Positions 36,115 to 48,118 of a stretch of 64,000 nucleotides of DNA are shown here, piece after piece. The stretch comes from Hyaloraphidium curvatum SAG 235-1 (lineage: Eukaryota > Fungi > Monoblepharomycota), in contig JAIVFI010000030.1 in the NCBI GenBank assembly GCA_025558095.1, positions 1-64,000 on the forward strand, written 5' to 3'. The notes below the pieces were generated by a model, which saw only the letters and a program-made list of their open reading frames with translations, did no database searches and had not been told where the DNA came from. The number at the start of each line of letters is the position of its first letter. The first letter of the stretch is position 1. The translations under genes were made by a program, and so were the position numbers.

Positions 36115-37259
36115 TCACCTCCGCCAAACCGAACTCCGGATCGCAGCTAGCTCATAAACCACAATCATTCATACTGTTCTCCAAAAGAGAAAGCGTCCGG
36201 CTGCTGGCCTTGGGCCTACCAAGTCACGCTTACCAGCTCCGATTTCAGCTCGGCCAAGCGCCCCTTGTAGCCTTCCGCAACCTCCTCGCACCGTTTGCCG
36301 TCCTCCACCCCGGACGGCGCGGTAGCGCGGGCTCCGGTCCATGCCGCACGCGACTCGAGCCTCGCGGCCGAGGCCTCAAGCTCCCCAACCCTGCGGAGCG
36401 GTGATTCCGGCTTTGGAAGAACATCCGACGGGGCGCCCACACTCCCCGCCCTCCAATGCTGCCATACGCCGGGGCCCAGCGGCATCGGACGAACGCTCGG
36501 GGCGGCGACCCCGCCCGCAAGCGCGGGGCTCGGGAATGGCCGGACCTCGGGACCGATGCCGGCCCCTTTCGACGGAATCGGGGTCGTGGGACGCGGCGGA
36601 GTGACCGGACGGTGCTTTCCCGGCCCTTTGGTGCGCGGTTCGTGGCGGTGTAGGCCCCGGTGTTGCCGGTCGCGACGAATCGGGCTCCTAGACAGCGGGC
36701 GCTGAAATACACTTCGCGGCTGTTGCGGCTCCGGAAGACGGTCGGATGGGGCGGTCCGCACTCTTAGTATTGGGATCCAGCGATATGCGGGTTTCCCGTG
36801 GCAGCGGAGGGACGCTCGGCGTCCCACGGAAAAAAACCGCCGCGTTGGACGGGCGTCTGGGCCGGCCGCAGCACCGCGGCGGATGCCGGTCGCACCGGAC
36901 GGACGCGACGCCTCCGGACGGCCATGTCGTCCCAGCACGGTGCGCTACCTGCTGCTCTGCTCGTCGCGGCTTCGTGATTTTGGAGACTTGGCGGTGCAGT
37001 TCTTTAATGGGGAACGATCGGGGGCCGCCCGACCCTGAAACTGGCTGGACCGCGGTCCGACGACGTCGCCAAGTTTTGCTCGCCCCGGCGCCCCCCGCGT
37101 GCCCGACGGCGCCGCCGAGCCCTCCCGCGATCTCCCCTACCGCGCCGGCGCCCGTGCAGCGCGGCCGGGGCGGCAGCAGACGGCGGCACTGTTTGTTTGG
37201 CTCCCCCTCGGAGTGGCTTAGCACCCTGCGCACCCGCCGCGCGGCACGCAGGCGGAGCG

Positions 37260-40200
37260 ATGCGGCGTGCGCTGTCCCTCGCGGGCGTCGCGCTGGCGCT
37301 GCTGCTGCTCGTGGGCTGCGGCGCCGCGCAGCTGAGCCCCAACCACGCCGGGGAGGTCGTGTGCCCGAATAACAACAGGGCCGCGCGTGCGCCGTGCTCG
37401 CCGCGCTCGACGGTCACGCGGTGCGTGAGCACGAAGAAGGCAACAAAGACGGTCAAGAAGACCGTGACGAAGGTGGTCAAGAGCACGGTTTCGCGGACGT
37501 CAACGCAGAGCACCACGACAACGCGCACGACAACCACATGGGTGCGTTCCCGACCGGGCGGCGCCGCTCCTGTTCCGCGTTCGGCCCGGCTGAAGTGCTC
37601 CGCTTGTGCCCACAGGCCTTCGTCATCTCGTCGACGACCATAGTCGTCCCCGGCGACCAGCTGCCCAGCCTTCCTCCCACCATCACCGTCCCGACCGTAA
37701 CTACTACGACCGTGACTGCCCCGGACGAGACGATCACGGTGACGGGTCTGTACCGGGCCCCGGGCCCATGCGCGCGGCCCTGACGCACCTTTCCAGGCGA
37801 CTCAACCCTCATTGTCACCGAAAGCTTCACGCCCACCGTCTCGCTGACCTCCAGCATCACCTCCGAGGTCACCGTCTCGTGCTCCAACTCCATCCAGCCA
37901 CTGCGCTTGCTCGCGCGGTGGGATGAGGAGAGGTACGGGTGGACCGGCGTCGAGGCGGGGAGCTACCGCCTCGACGAGCGGGACTACGCAGCCTACGACA
38001 CGGATGAGGAGCCCGACTACGACGCGGACGACGTCTCGCCCGTCAGCCCACTCGTCTCCCCCGCCGGCCTCCCTGTGCGCCGGCAGCCCCGTGCCCCCTG
38101 CCCGCCCTGCACGTCCTTTGTCGGCTGCACGCGGACGAGCACCAAGGTCGTCGCCACGACGAAGACCAAGTCCGTCAAGGTGACCAAGACCGTCAGCGTG
38201 ACGAGGACCAGTACGTCGAGGACGACGGTTACGGTGGGCGTTGCTCGGGGGTGCGCATCCGCTTGGTCCCGCTTGACAGCTCCCCAACCTGCAGAGCACG
38301 GGCTCGGCCACGGCTTCGACGAGCACAATCACCCTGTATGTCACGCGCACGGCACCTCCGTGGAGAGCTTTCTCACCGGGTTCTTCCCCTGCCAGGTACC
38401 CGGACCAGCCTACGCCGCCCGTCGAAATCACCGTCACGCAGACCACCTCGACTGTCACCAGCCTCGTGCCGGGCACGGTGACGACCGTTACGGAATCCAA
38501 CTCCGGGACGACGCTCACGGACACGATCACGTTCCCGCCGGTCACCACGACGTGGGTGGATCCGTCAGCGCCCTCGGCTTGGCTGACCGCGCCGCCCGCA
38601 GCACCACGACCACCGTGTTCGTGCACGCCAACTGCGCCTTGAGCCCCAGGACGACGACGACCTTCTTCTTCCCGCCGGCGCCGCCGCCTCCGCCGGGGAG
38701 CTCTTCGACGTCCCGGACGGTGGGATCCGTTGCGCCCGCGCCTCGTACTTGCTGACCGCTGGCCCACCAGCAATCCACCCTGACCATCTCCAAGACCCGC
38801 ACGACATCGCGCACTCGGACCAAGTCCCGCACGCAGACCAAGTCTCACACCCCTACGACGTCCTTCACCCGCACGCAGACCTGCTCCATCGTGCCGGACC
38901 CGAACGCTCCCTCCCCCGGGGGCGGCGGCACCCTCTTCCAGAACAACACGGACCCCGTCACCCCCCCGGGCGTGGACTTCCAGGCCAAGACGGGCGGCGA
39001 CGGCTGGGACGTCGGCTTCACGGCCGAGGAGCAGCGCATCATCAACATCTACCACCACCAGGCCCCGCTCAAGGTCGACTGCCACAACCGGGACTCGACG
39101 CGGTGCGCGGGGGGCTACCCGACGGCATTCGCCAACATTTACGCCCCCCTGATGCCGTACGTGCTCTTCGACCCCGCCGTGCCGAACCGGATGTGGGCCT
39201 GGACGCAGACCAAGGACGGAAACACGGGCAACGGGTACAACTCCATCACATGCGTCGACATCGGCCCAGTGGGGGCGACACCAGTTCTGTGCGGGAACTA
39301 CCGCCTGTCGCGCACGGGGTTCGGTTCCCGACCCACCGGCTTCGGCGGCGGGGACTGGGGCCCGATCGGCAACGCCATCATCAAGGGCAAGTTCTACGCG
39401 GTGGGTGCCGGCCGGGGAGCCCATCGTCCGGGGGCGAATGACGGTCCGCTGCCGCAGATCAACAACGTCAACACGTTCGGCCTCGAGGACGAGCGGAACG
39501 CGCTGCACTGCTTCGACACTGTCGCCATGGCGCCGTGCCCGATCACCAACGGGGCGTCGCCGCCGGGCAACATCCCCGTCAAGTACCCCGCGGGCTGGGT
39601 CTCGAGGAACACGCTCACCTCTTGGTGGGCGGTGCCGTCGATCGGGATCTCGGCAGTAGGAACTGACGGCGCTCGACCCCGACAGGACCCGGGCAATCGA
39701 CGGCAAGGTATTCATCGTCCAGCAGGGCAAGCTCGCCAACGGCACCGAGTGGGACGTGATGACCTGCGTCGACCCCGAGGCCGCGGGAAGGAACTATGAG
39801 TGCGCGGGCAACTGGCCGCAGAAGATCCCAACGACGGCGCGGTCCAACGGCAAGTCCTACTCGGACATCTTCCCGTACCGCACGAGCGGGAGCACCGATG
39901 CCGGCGTTTGCATCGGCGGCGGCGTGATCACGAGCAACAACCCCGTGCGGGCCTACTGCTGGGACCTCCTCGGCGCCCCCGTGGGCTCGCTCAACACCGT
40001 CTTCACCCCGGGGATGCGGTGGTGGTCCGGTTCGGGCGACCTGCTGGGGACCTGGATCCTGTTCCCGTGCGGATCGGGGGTGTGCTGCCTCGATATGAAG
40101 ACCAACGCGTCGTGCCCCAACTACCCGACCACGGGGTTCGCGCCGGCGGACGAGCTCAACGGGGGTGAGACCTGGTACCGGACCTACACGCTGCGCAAGG

Positions 40201-40811
40201 AGAAGCCGGACTGCTGGTGGGCCAACGGAGACGCGGGCAATATTTGTGGGTTGCTTTGTGGCGTCCCAGTCTCCTGCTTGTGCTGATCGTCGGGAAACAC
40301 AGGGACCTTCAACCCGCAGACGGGGACCAAGGGTTGCGGCACCCTTCCGAGCGGCGACTCGACCTTCAACGCGATCGACCTCGTCAACCCGGACAAGTGC
40401 ACGCAGAACCTCACCTCCTGGGACCGCTGGGAGCTCCGCAGCCTCGGCCCGGCCGGCACGACCTGTGAGTCCGCTTCTCGCGCTTCGCAACGTCCCCTGA
40501 CCGATGCCTTCCAGACACGTCGTTCAACGTCACTTTCTACGACGGCAACGACACGCCGATCCCGGGCTTCACCAACCTAGTCCAGACGGGGCAGCCCGTC
40601 GTGACGGTGGACCTCAAGTCGCTCAGCGTTGCGCAGACCGGGAACAGCATCAAGGTCCAGGTTACCTTCACGGGTTTGACGTGCACCAAGGACTGTACCT
40701 TTACCAACCGAATTTACTGTGAGTCGCGCCGGTTGGTGGCGGTCCGCGCGCGCCGCTCACGGCGCCGTGTACACCGCAGACAAAGCAACGGACCAGATCT
40801 GTTGCCCGTGA
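37260..40811 (+). CDS. Large secreted protein: Thr/Lys-rich modules plus a Cys-repeat propeller-like domain (about 12 exons)
   Basis: Signal peptide MRRALSLAGVALALLLLVGCGAA; repeated Thr-rich exons; GGDGWDV...NIYHH...DCH; repeated C-x-D...C-x2-3-(Y/W)P units. Last exon YKATDQICCP* at 40811. Confidence 0.75.
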
Positions 40812-40844
40812 TCAAGCAACGGACCAGATCCCTTGCCCGTGATC
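40783..40844. repeat. 31-bp tandem duplication spanning the stop codon
   Basis: aagcaacggaccagatctgttgcccgtgatc followed by aagcaacggaccagatcccttgcccgtgatc. Confidence 0.9.
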
Positions 40845-40986
40845 CCGCCGCACCTAGGATCATTAGTCGATTGGAATATGTACTGACTGACTGCCTCGAG
40901 TAGAATCTTGTTCCTCCCGCACGACGCACCATCCGCTTGGGCAAGCCGGGCACGTTCGGCCCCCGGCCCGAGCCCCGGCGCCGATG

Positions 40987-42189
40987 CTAAGGCGCATGAC
41001 CCTCCTTCTGCCTCGCCCGCATCCGCACCAGCTGCATCTCGGCTCTCGGATCCGCCTCTCTAGCGAATCTCGCCATCTCCGGGTCCCCCGCCGCGCCGGG
41101 GAACCATCTGTCCAGCACCGCCGCCACGAACCCGTCCACGTCCTCCCGCTGCTTCGCCAGGCTCTCCCGAGCCTCGTCGATCACCCCGCCCATGGTCTCC
41201 ATCGAGCGGCCACCCTCCTCGAGGCCGTAACCGACCCCGCGGCCAATAAACCGGCCAAAGTCTCGCACGTACGTCGCGCGGTCGAGGCCGGGGAAGGGCA
41301 CCACGACCGACGGGCACCCCGCGAGCGCGGCCTCGACGCTCCGGTACGTGGCCGGGTCGTAGGAGACGAAGAGCGCCGCCGTAGCAAACCGCTCGAGGCG
41401 CGCGCGCTTCGTGACGGAGTAGTCGAGGACGTCCTTACCCGAGAGGTCCGGCTCGGGCCGCTCCAGCCGCTTGCCGCCGACGGTGTAGGAAAGCTTCTTG
41501 GAGTACCAGAGGGTGCCGTTGCGCCGCCCTCCAGGGGGGCGGGGCAGGTCCCGGTAGTAATCCAGGTAAAGGTCCACGACGGCCAGGGGCACCGTCGGGC
41601 GCCAGGAAAACTCGCGGCAGTATGCGGCGGTGTAGCACGCGATCAGGTCGTCGGCGGAGTACTCTGACGCGGCGGGCGCGCCGGAGATGCCGCCGGGGAA
41701 GAAGAGCACCCAGCGCACGACGCGTTTGGCGCGCAGGGGGTTGCCCCGGACAACGTCGGTGTAGACGGCGATGCCGTCGGCGGGGTCCAGCCATTTCGGC
41801 AGAAGCGGCGTGGCGTAGCCGGGGTTGGTCGTCAGCGGCACTGACTTCCAGATGTCGTCCTCCGTCATGGGCACGATGTAGGCCACGGGCGCCTGCACCG
41901 AACCGTAGCGGCGGTTCAGCGTGTCGACCAGCAGGTGGATCACCGTGCAGCCGCCGCAGGTCTCCAAATAGGGCGGCGCGTAGAAAACAAAAAACACGTC
42001 CGGTGGAAGGAGGCGTCGCGCGGACGGCGGGCCCGCTGCGGTCTGCGGCGCCGATGCTGCTGACGCCGGGGGATTCGGGCCGTTCGCGTCCGCGCCCGGG
42101 GCCAGCACCGCGCCCCGGACGATCCATCCTGCCAGCGTGCACGCGATGCAGAGCAGCAGCTGTAGGACGGGGCCCGGCAGCCGCGCCAT
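40987..42189 (-). CDS. Type II membrane glycosyltransferase-like protein resembling the bacterial WavQ family
   Basis: N-terminal TM; GGCTVIHLL, IAVYTDVVRGNPLRAKRVVRWVL, FVSYDPATYRSVEAALAGCPSVVVP; intronless. Confidence 0.7.
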   Translation of the reverse strand: MARLPGPVLQLLLCIACTLAGWIVRGAVLAPGADANGPNPPASAASAPQTAAGPPSARRLLPPDVFFVFYAPPYLETCGGCTVIHLLVDTLNRRYGSVQAPVAYIVPMTEDDIWKSVPLTTNPGYATPLLPKWLDPADGIAVYTDVVRGNPLRAKRVVRWVLFFPGGISGAPAASEYSADDLIACYTAAYCREFSWRPTVPLAVVDLYLDYYRDLPRPPGGRRNGTLWYSKKLSYTVGGKRLERPEPDLSGKDVLDYSVTKRARLERFATAALFVSYDPATYRSVEAALAGCPSVVVPFPGLDRATYVRDFGRFIGRGVGYGLEEGGRSMETMGGVIDEARESLAKQREDVDGFVAAVLDRWFPGAAGDPEMARFAREADPRAEMQLVRMRARQKEGHAP

Positions 42190-42773
42190 GCCACCGGAAG
42201 CGGGGAGGATCAATCGAGGGATAGTGTTTTGTTGTCCCAAAGGTTTGTCCTTGCCGCCGCCAGCCGTCCTTCCGCGGCGGCTGGATAGAGGACGCTGGCG
42301 CTAAAACGGCCATCTCTCTGCGGACATGGTCAGATGCAAATCATCGGAATGCTCTCGAGGGATGGCCATGTCCTTTGTGGATTGCCTGCTTTTGTTGTTT
42401 TGCTGACCTCCACAACCTCCGCCTTAAAAGCCAGATTGGCGAAACGGACGATGGATAACGAGTTGTCCGTGATCTCGGCAAACGTTTCATGCAGACGTGT
42501 GTAGTAGATATGGCTGTCGAATGAAGCCGGCTCGAACTGCAGGAGCATCACATCGCAGCCGAAAGCAGTGAGAGAGATCCCACGTCCGAGACGGTAGAAA
42601 TGCATGGAAACAGTTTCATCGTCGAAGGTTGAATGCTGAGGCTACCTCTCCGCCGGTTGTCGGCCACCTATCCCTGAGGGATGGGGGTCCACCACTCCCT
42701 CGCCAGACTCGCCACGGGTCCACGTCCCCCGCCTCCGCACCTTTCCCGCCCGCCCTCCCTCGCCTGCCCCACG

Positions 42774-44817
42774 ATGAGCGCCCCCAAACTCCTGCGTCGC
42801 AGCACCACAGCCTCCTCGTCGTGCTGCTCACCGCTCCCGCTGCAGGCGCATGAGCACGACCACGGTGCCGCTCACGGCGGACACGCGTCGGAGGAGGTCC
42901 TGGACGGCCCGCCGGACGCCATCCCGGAGGGCACCGTCCGCGTTTTTGTTGCGAAGAAGATCGTCACCGTCGCGCCCGGGCCCGGGGTCGCCGAGGCGGT
43001 GGCGGTCGGCTCGAACGGGCGGATCCTGGCGGTCGGGTCGCGCGAGGACGTGCTGGCGTTCGCCGAGGCCAAAGCCGCCAAGGGAGCCGTGGAGGTGGAC
43101 GAGACGTTCAAGGACAAGGTGCTGCTGCCGGGATTCGTCGAGGGTGGGTCCCCCGGCGGAGCCGTCGTCAACCGATGGGCACTCACTGGTTCTCTCCCGC
43201 TCCCACCCTCCTTCTCCTCCAACATTTAGCCCACGGGCATTGCAACGAGGCCATCAACGCTACCCTCGTCAACGTCGGCTACTTCCCATCCCCCAAGGTC
43301 AACGGCGACATGTCCGAGCCCGTCAAGAGCTACGACGACATGGTCCGCGTTCTGCGGGCCGAGGACGCGGCGATGAAGGCCCGCGGGGCACCCGACGACG
43401 AGGTCATGATCGCCGTCAACTTCGACCCGATCTACTTTGTCGGGCAGCTGCGGCTCTCGAAGGAGCACCTTGACCGCGTGTCGACGACGAGGCCGATCGC
43501 CGTCCGCCACGCGTCGGGGCACGTGCTCACCGCCAACTCGCTCCTGCTCAAGCTGTCCGGGATCACCCGCGACAGCGACACCGAGGGCATCGACAAGCTC
43601 CCCGACGGCGAGCCCTCGGGGGAGCTACAGGAGGGCGCCCAACTGCTGGTCAAGGTCGCCATCACCAAGGTGCTCCAGCTGAGCGTCGGCACCGCCGCGC
43701 TGGAGAACCAGGCCCGCCTTGCGCGCAACGCCGGCGTGACCACGACGACGGAGCTGGGTGGCCTGCTCCTTTTTAAGCCCGAGATGGCCAAAGCGTGGGC
43801 CGAGACCGCCGCCAAGCCGGCGTTTCCGGCGCGGTTCGCCGTGTACAACATTGCGTTCTTCCCCGGGCTCGGGGACGGCGCGCCGGACTACGCGGGCAAG
43901 GCCGAGACCCTCAAAGGGCTGCAGGCCCTTTGCCACGACAAGCTCCGGATGCCGGGCGCCAAGCTCCTCATTGACGGCTCGATCCAGGGGTTCACCGCCG
44001 TGCTGCGGCCGCCGGGGTACTTCAAGCCGCCGTCGGGGGATCCGGATCACCAGGGGATCAGCAACTACGAGTCCCTCGAAGACTTTGTCGCGGCGCTGGA
44101 GCCCTTCCACGAAGCCGGTTTCAACGTGCACGTGCACTGCAACGGGGACGGCGCGGTGGACGTGCTCCTGGATGCCGTGGAGATCGTCAACACCAAACAT
44201 CCGCGGAGCGACCACCGGCACGTGTGCACCCACAGCCAGGTATCCAACGGCCACCGCACGACGCGTTCCTCCCCTCTCTGACCCCGCCTCCCTCTACTTT
44301 CCAGCTCACGCGGCAGGACCAGTACCTCCGCATGGCCTCGCTCGGCGTCTCGGCCAACATCTTCGCCAACCACATCTACTACTGGGGCGACCAGCACCGC
44401 GACATCACCGTCGGCCCCGAGCGCGCCGCGCGCATGAACGCCTGCCGCACCGCCCTCGCCAGCGGCGTGCGGTGTCCCAGCATCCACTCCGACTCGGGCG
44501 TCACGCCCATCGGCCACCTGCACACGATGTGGTGCGCGGTGAACCGCCTCACGGCGTCGGGCGAGGTGCTCGGGGAGGGCGAGCGGATCACAGCCGAGGA
44601 GGCGCTGAGGATGGCGACGGTCAACGCGGCGTGGCAATTGAAGATGGACAGGGACGTGGGCAGCATCGAGTGCGGGAAGATGGGGGACTTTGCGGTCTTG
44701 GAGGAGTCGCCGCTGGACGTGGACCCGGCCAAAATCAAGGACATCAAGGTCTGGGGGACGGTGGTGGGCGGGCTGAAGCACCCGTCGTCGCTGACGCTGC
44801 GGGCCGGGACGATCTGA
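42774..44817 (+). CDS. Amidohydrolase family 3 (YtcJ/NfdA-like)
   Basis: AVAV..GRILAVG, LLPGFVE|AHGH, HASGH...NS, KLLIDGSIQG, HCNGD, HSDS, GSIECGKMGDFAVL; at least two introns. Confidence 0.92.
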
Positions 44818-44945
44818 AGCTGTGCAATTGGAAGCCGAGCCTGTGACACTCACTGCTTCGGGTGAAGCTTCCACCCCGCCAATTACCCGCATATTGCTCC
44901 CCCACCGCAGCTACTCCAGAGATTCAGGACGCGGAGGCAATCGAC

Positions 44946-46457
44946 ATGCCCCTCCCGGTGTTCCACCTCGGCGAGGGCGAGTGGCTCGCGGTCCTCCCCG
45001 CGGCGCCGGAGTGGACGCCCGACCTGCCCTCCTCCGCCCCGCCGCCCGACCCCGCGGCAGCCGTCCGCGGCGCGCATCCCCTCGCGCTGGACGCGTTTCT
45101 GGCTGCGCTGCGGCCCGGCGCGGGCGCGCTGGCCTTCTCGGTGCGGCTGCAGATCGCCCTCGAGCCGCTGTCGAAGAGGCCGCTCGCGCGGGCCGCGGTG
45201 CCGTGGCTGGGCTGCGTCGGCATGGCCGCCGCGTTCGGCGTGTATGCCGGCGGATACTACGGGACGGCACAGCTCGCGACCGGGATGGCGACGTTCCTCG
45301 CGTTCGCCACCTGCTCGACCGTTCTGGTCTCGGCATTTAGCGCGTACCGGGTCACCTTCAACACCGTGAGCTCCGGCAACGATTCGAAAGCAGCCGCAGA
45401 ACCGAAGCCTGCCCGCGATTTTTCGTCCTACGGTGCCGCGGGGCTCGCCCGGTGGATGCAGCTGGTTTCCGGGGCGCTGCCTGGAGGGGCCGGGGGCCTG
45501 CTGCTGCTTCACGACCCGAAGGATCCCCTCTGCCCTTGCGGCGTCACGTCGTGCGCCGGGAGGATCCCGCTCCTGGCCGGGGTGACCCGGATCGCCGAAT
45601 CGGCATTCAAGTTCTGCATCTTCTCCGCCTACATCTTCGTGCTGTTCGCCAGCATAGCCCTCTTCCCCCCCATGGCGCCGGAAATGTGGGCCGTCCCCTG
45701 GGCCGTCTTCCTCTTTGTCATCTTCCTCGCCGGCGCGCTCGGCTTCCTGATCCCCGTCGTGTTCTCCCGCCTGACCACGAACCTCCCGCTCCTCCAGCTC
45801 GCGCGCAGGATCAACCGTCGCGCAATGAGGCTCGCCCTCGACCCCGTGGTCGAGAGCTACCGTTCCGCCGCCGCGGCTTCCGGCCCGTGGACGGGCCCCG
45901 ACAAGCCGCAGCGCGCGGCGTACATGGACCTGCACCGCATCTTCGCCAGCTCCTGGGGCAGCCGGATAAGGACGTACAACGTCTCGTCGCCGATCCTGAT
46001 CCCCATCGCCGCGGCCATTGTGGCCGGCTGCGCCAACATGGCCGCCGGATCGTGCCTCCCCGCCGTGTACCCCGTCTACCTCGCGTACCAGCTCTGCGCG
46101 CTTTTCCTGTTCGACCTCATCAACGTCGCCGCGGCCAACGCCCAGATCAGCGACATCCGCTCGCTGTACCTCGACGCGGCGCAGGAACTGGCCGACGTCC
46201 GGCGGGAGCTCCTCTCGTGCCCCTCGCGGCCCCCGGACCCGGCGCTCGCCGCCGCCATCGAGAGCGACGTGCAGGTGCTGGCGGGCTACATGGACATGGA
46301 CAGGTACCGCGCCAGGTTCCTGGGGTTCGTGGTCACGTTCGGCGCGCTGCGGACGCTGCTGGCGACCGCCCTGACCCTGGTGGTGGGGCTGTGGAGCGTG
46401 CTCAGGGGGCTGGGGGTGGAGCTCACGGGGCAGCTCGCGTGCCCTCCGAGGCTGTGA
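44946..46457 (+). CDS. Seven-TM membrane protein, gustatory-receptor-like (7TMIC-like), copy A
   Basis: Seven hydrophobic segments, long loop after TM4, HDPKDPLCPCGVTSC loop, C-terminal RARFLGFVVTFGALRTLLATALTLVVGLWSVL. Confidence 0.7.
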   Translation: MPLPVFHLGEGEWLAVLPAAPEWTPDLPSSAPPPDPAAAVRGAHPLALDAFLAALRPGAGALAFSVRLQIALEPLSKRPLARAAVPWLGCVGMAAAFGVYAGGYYGTAQLATGMATFLAFATCSTVLVSAFSAYRVTFNTVSSGNDSKAAAEPKPARDFSSYGAAGLARWMQLVSGALPGGAGGLLLLHDPKDPLCPCGVTSCAGRIPLLAGVTRIAESAFKFCIFSAYIFVLFASIALFPPMAPEMWAVPWAVFLFVIFLAGALGFLIPVVFSRLTTNLPLLQLARRINRRAMRLALDPVVESYRSAAAASGPWTGPDKPQRAAYMDLHRIFASSWGSRIRTYNVSSPILIPIAAAIVAGCANMAAGSCLPAVYPVYLAYQLCALFLFDLINVAAANAQISDIRSLYLDAAQELADVRRELLSCPSRPPDPALAAAIESDVQVLAGYMDMDRYRARFLGFVVTFGALRTLLATALTLVVGLWSVLRGLGVELTGQLACPPRL

Positions 46458-46592
46458 GCTCGTCGAGGGTTTGGACGCCGAGTGCCACCCCATGAGACGG
46501 GAGATGTCGCATGCTGATGAAGGCATTGTTGAACCCACTAGCAACTTTTTTCTGCTTAAACTCCTAAACTTTCACCGCTGCAACTTCTCCGC

Positions 46593-48118
46593 TCAAGCCG
46601 TTGCAGGACAGAAGCTCTCCAGGGTCGCCGTCACCCCGAAAGCCCGCAGCACGCTCCCAAGTGCCACGGTGACCGTCAGGCCCGTCACCAGCATCGTCCT
46701 CACCGTCCCGAACGACACCACGAACCCGAACAGCCTCGCCCTGTACCTGGCGACGTCCTGGAACGACGCTATGGCCCGATCGTGCAGCGCGATCTCGTCC
46801 GCCAGGGGTCCCGGCCCGGTGCGGAGGGCGAGCGCGCGGAGCTCCCGCTGCGCGTCGCGGTAGACGGCCGCGACGGCGTCGATGAGCGAGTGGCGCGCGG
46901 CGAGGTTGACGGCGTTGACGGTAAAGTACACTGCGGCGTGAGCGAAGAAGGCGAGCTGCCATGCGGAGATGCAGCGGCCGACCGCCTGCGGAAGGTGCCC
47001 GGGGAGCCGTCAGGGTGCGCGTCCGGCTGTACCGGGACGGCGCAATGCTCACCGCATAGAGCGCGGTAAGCAGGGCTAAGCCTGGAATCAGAGCGAGCCC
47101 GAACAGCCGCGATAACACGAGCGAGTCCTGGTGCCGCCGGAACCGGCACAGGGCCGCAAAGTGGTAGTGCAACCTGACATAGAGCCACGAACGTGAGCGG
47201 GGAGGGACGTCGCCGGCCGCAGCTGCGCGGCGGAACCGTCCTAGGAGGTCTCCCATGGCGTTGTCGACGGCGCGGCAGTGCAGCCGCCGCTCCAGGGCCA
47301 GGTGAGCCATGTTGTCCACCGCAAGGAGCCGGGAAATAGACAACAAGAGTTGCGCCGGGAAAAAGAAGGTCCATATTGCGCCGAGGAGGATGCCGTACCA
47401 AGTCGACCAAATACCTGCGCCGAAGGTTACCACCGGAGTATACGCGAGAAGGAAGAAGGTTGCCCAGGGAATGGAAACGTTGCCGAGAATATCAAGGAAG
47501 TCAAGCATACCAGAAGCGCTCTCGACCCAACTGCAGCACGAGACACACGGGCATGAAAGGTCACCGGGCACATGGCGTACGAGGGACGAGGCGGCAATGC
47601 CGGCCTCTGGCGACTTGACCCGGCCAACGAGGCGTAGCCATCTGCAGAGCGCTCCCACGTGCGAATACTCCGCCCCACCGTTGAGGAGGAAGTTCTTGCC
47701 CAGGCCCTTGGTAGCCAACCCGTTCATGACCGCGTTCCCGGCGAGGAACAAGGCCACGCCGGCGATTCCGAACGCAGCATCCTTGGCGGCGAACGTGTCT
47801 CCCGAAAACAGCAGGGTAACCCCGAGCAGAGCCACGGTAGCTGCGCTCGAAGGAGTGAGAAGAACCAGCCCGGCACCGCCCCGGGACACGCAGCCCGAGC
47901 CACGCCGCAGCCTTGGCCACCCCGCCGAGGTCGCGCAGCATTCCGTCTGCGGTCAGCGGGTCGGCCGCACGCGCCGCGTCGTTGGGGTTCGCGCCCTGCT
48001 CCTCGTCGCAGAACGTCGGCACCGGGGGAGACGGGGCGGGGAACAGGGCCAGCCACTCCTCGGGGAGGAAGTCCGCGTCCTTCTGAGGGAGAACGTCGTC
48101 GGTGTCCGAGGCGGCCAT
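46593..48118 (-). pseudogene. Frameshifted 7TM-family copy B (inverted paralogue of 60655-62191)
   Basis: Same N-terminus, intron position and C-terminus as copy C. Small deletions near 47890-47850 split the N-terminus across three frames. Confidence 0.75.

Noticed and set aside
42330-42605. 91-aa ORF in a lower-GC intergenic stretch
   Set aside because: No motif, no GC3 bias; lies between divergent gene starts.
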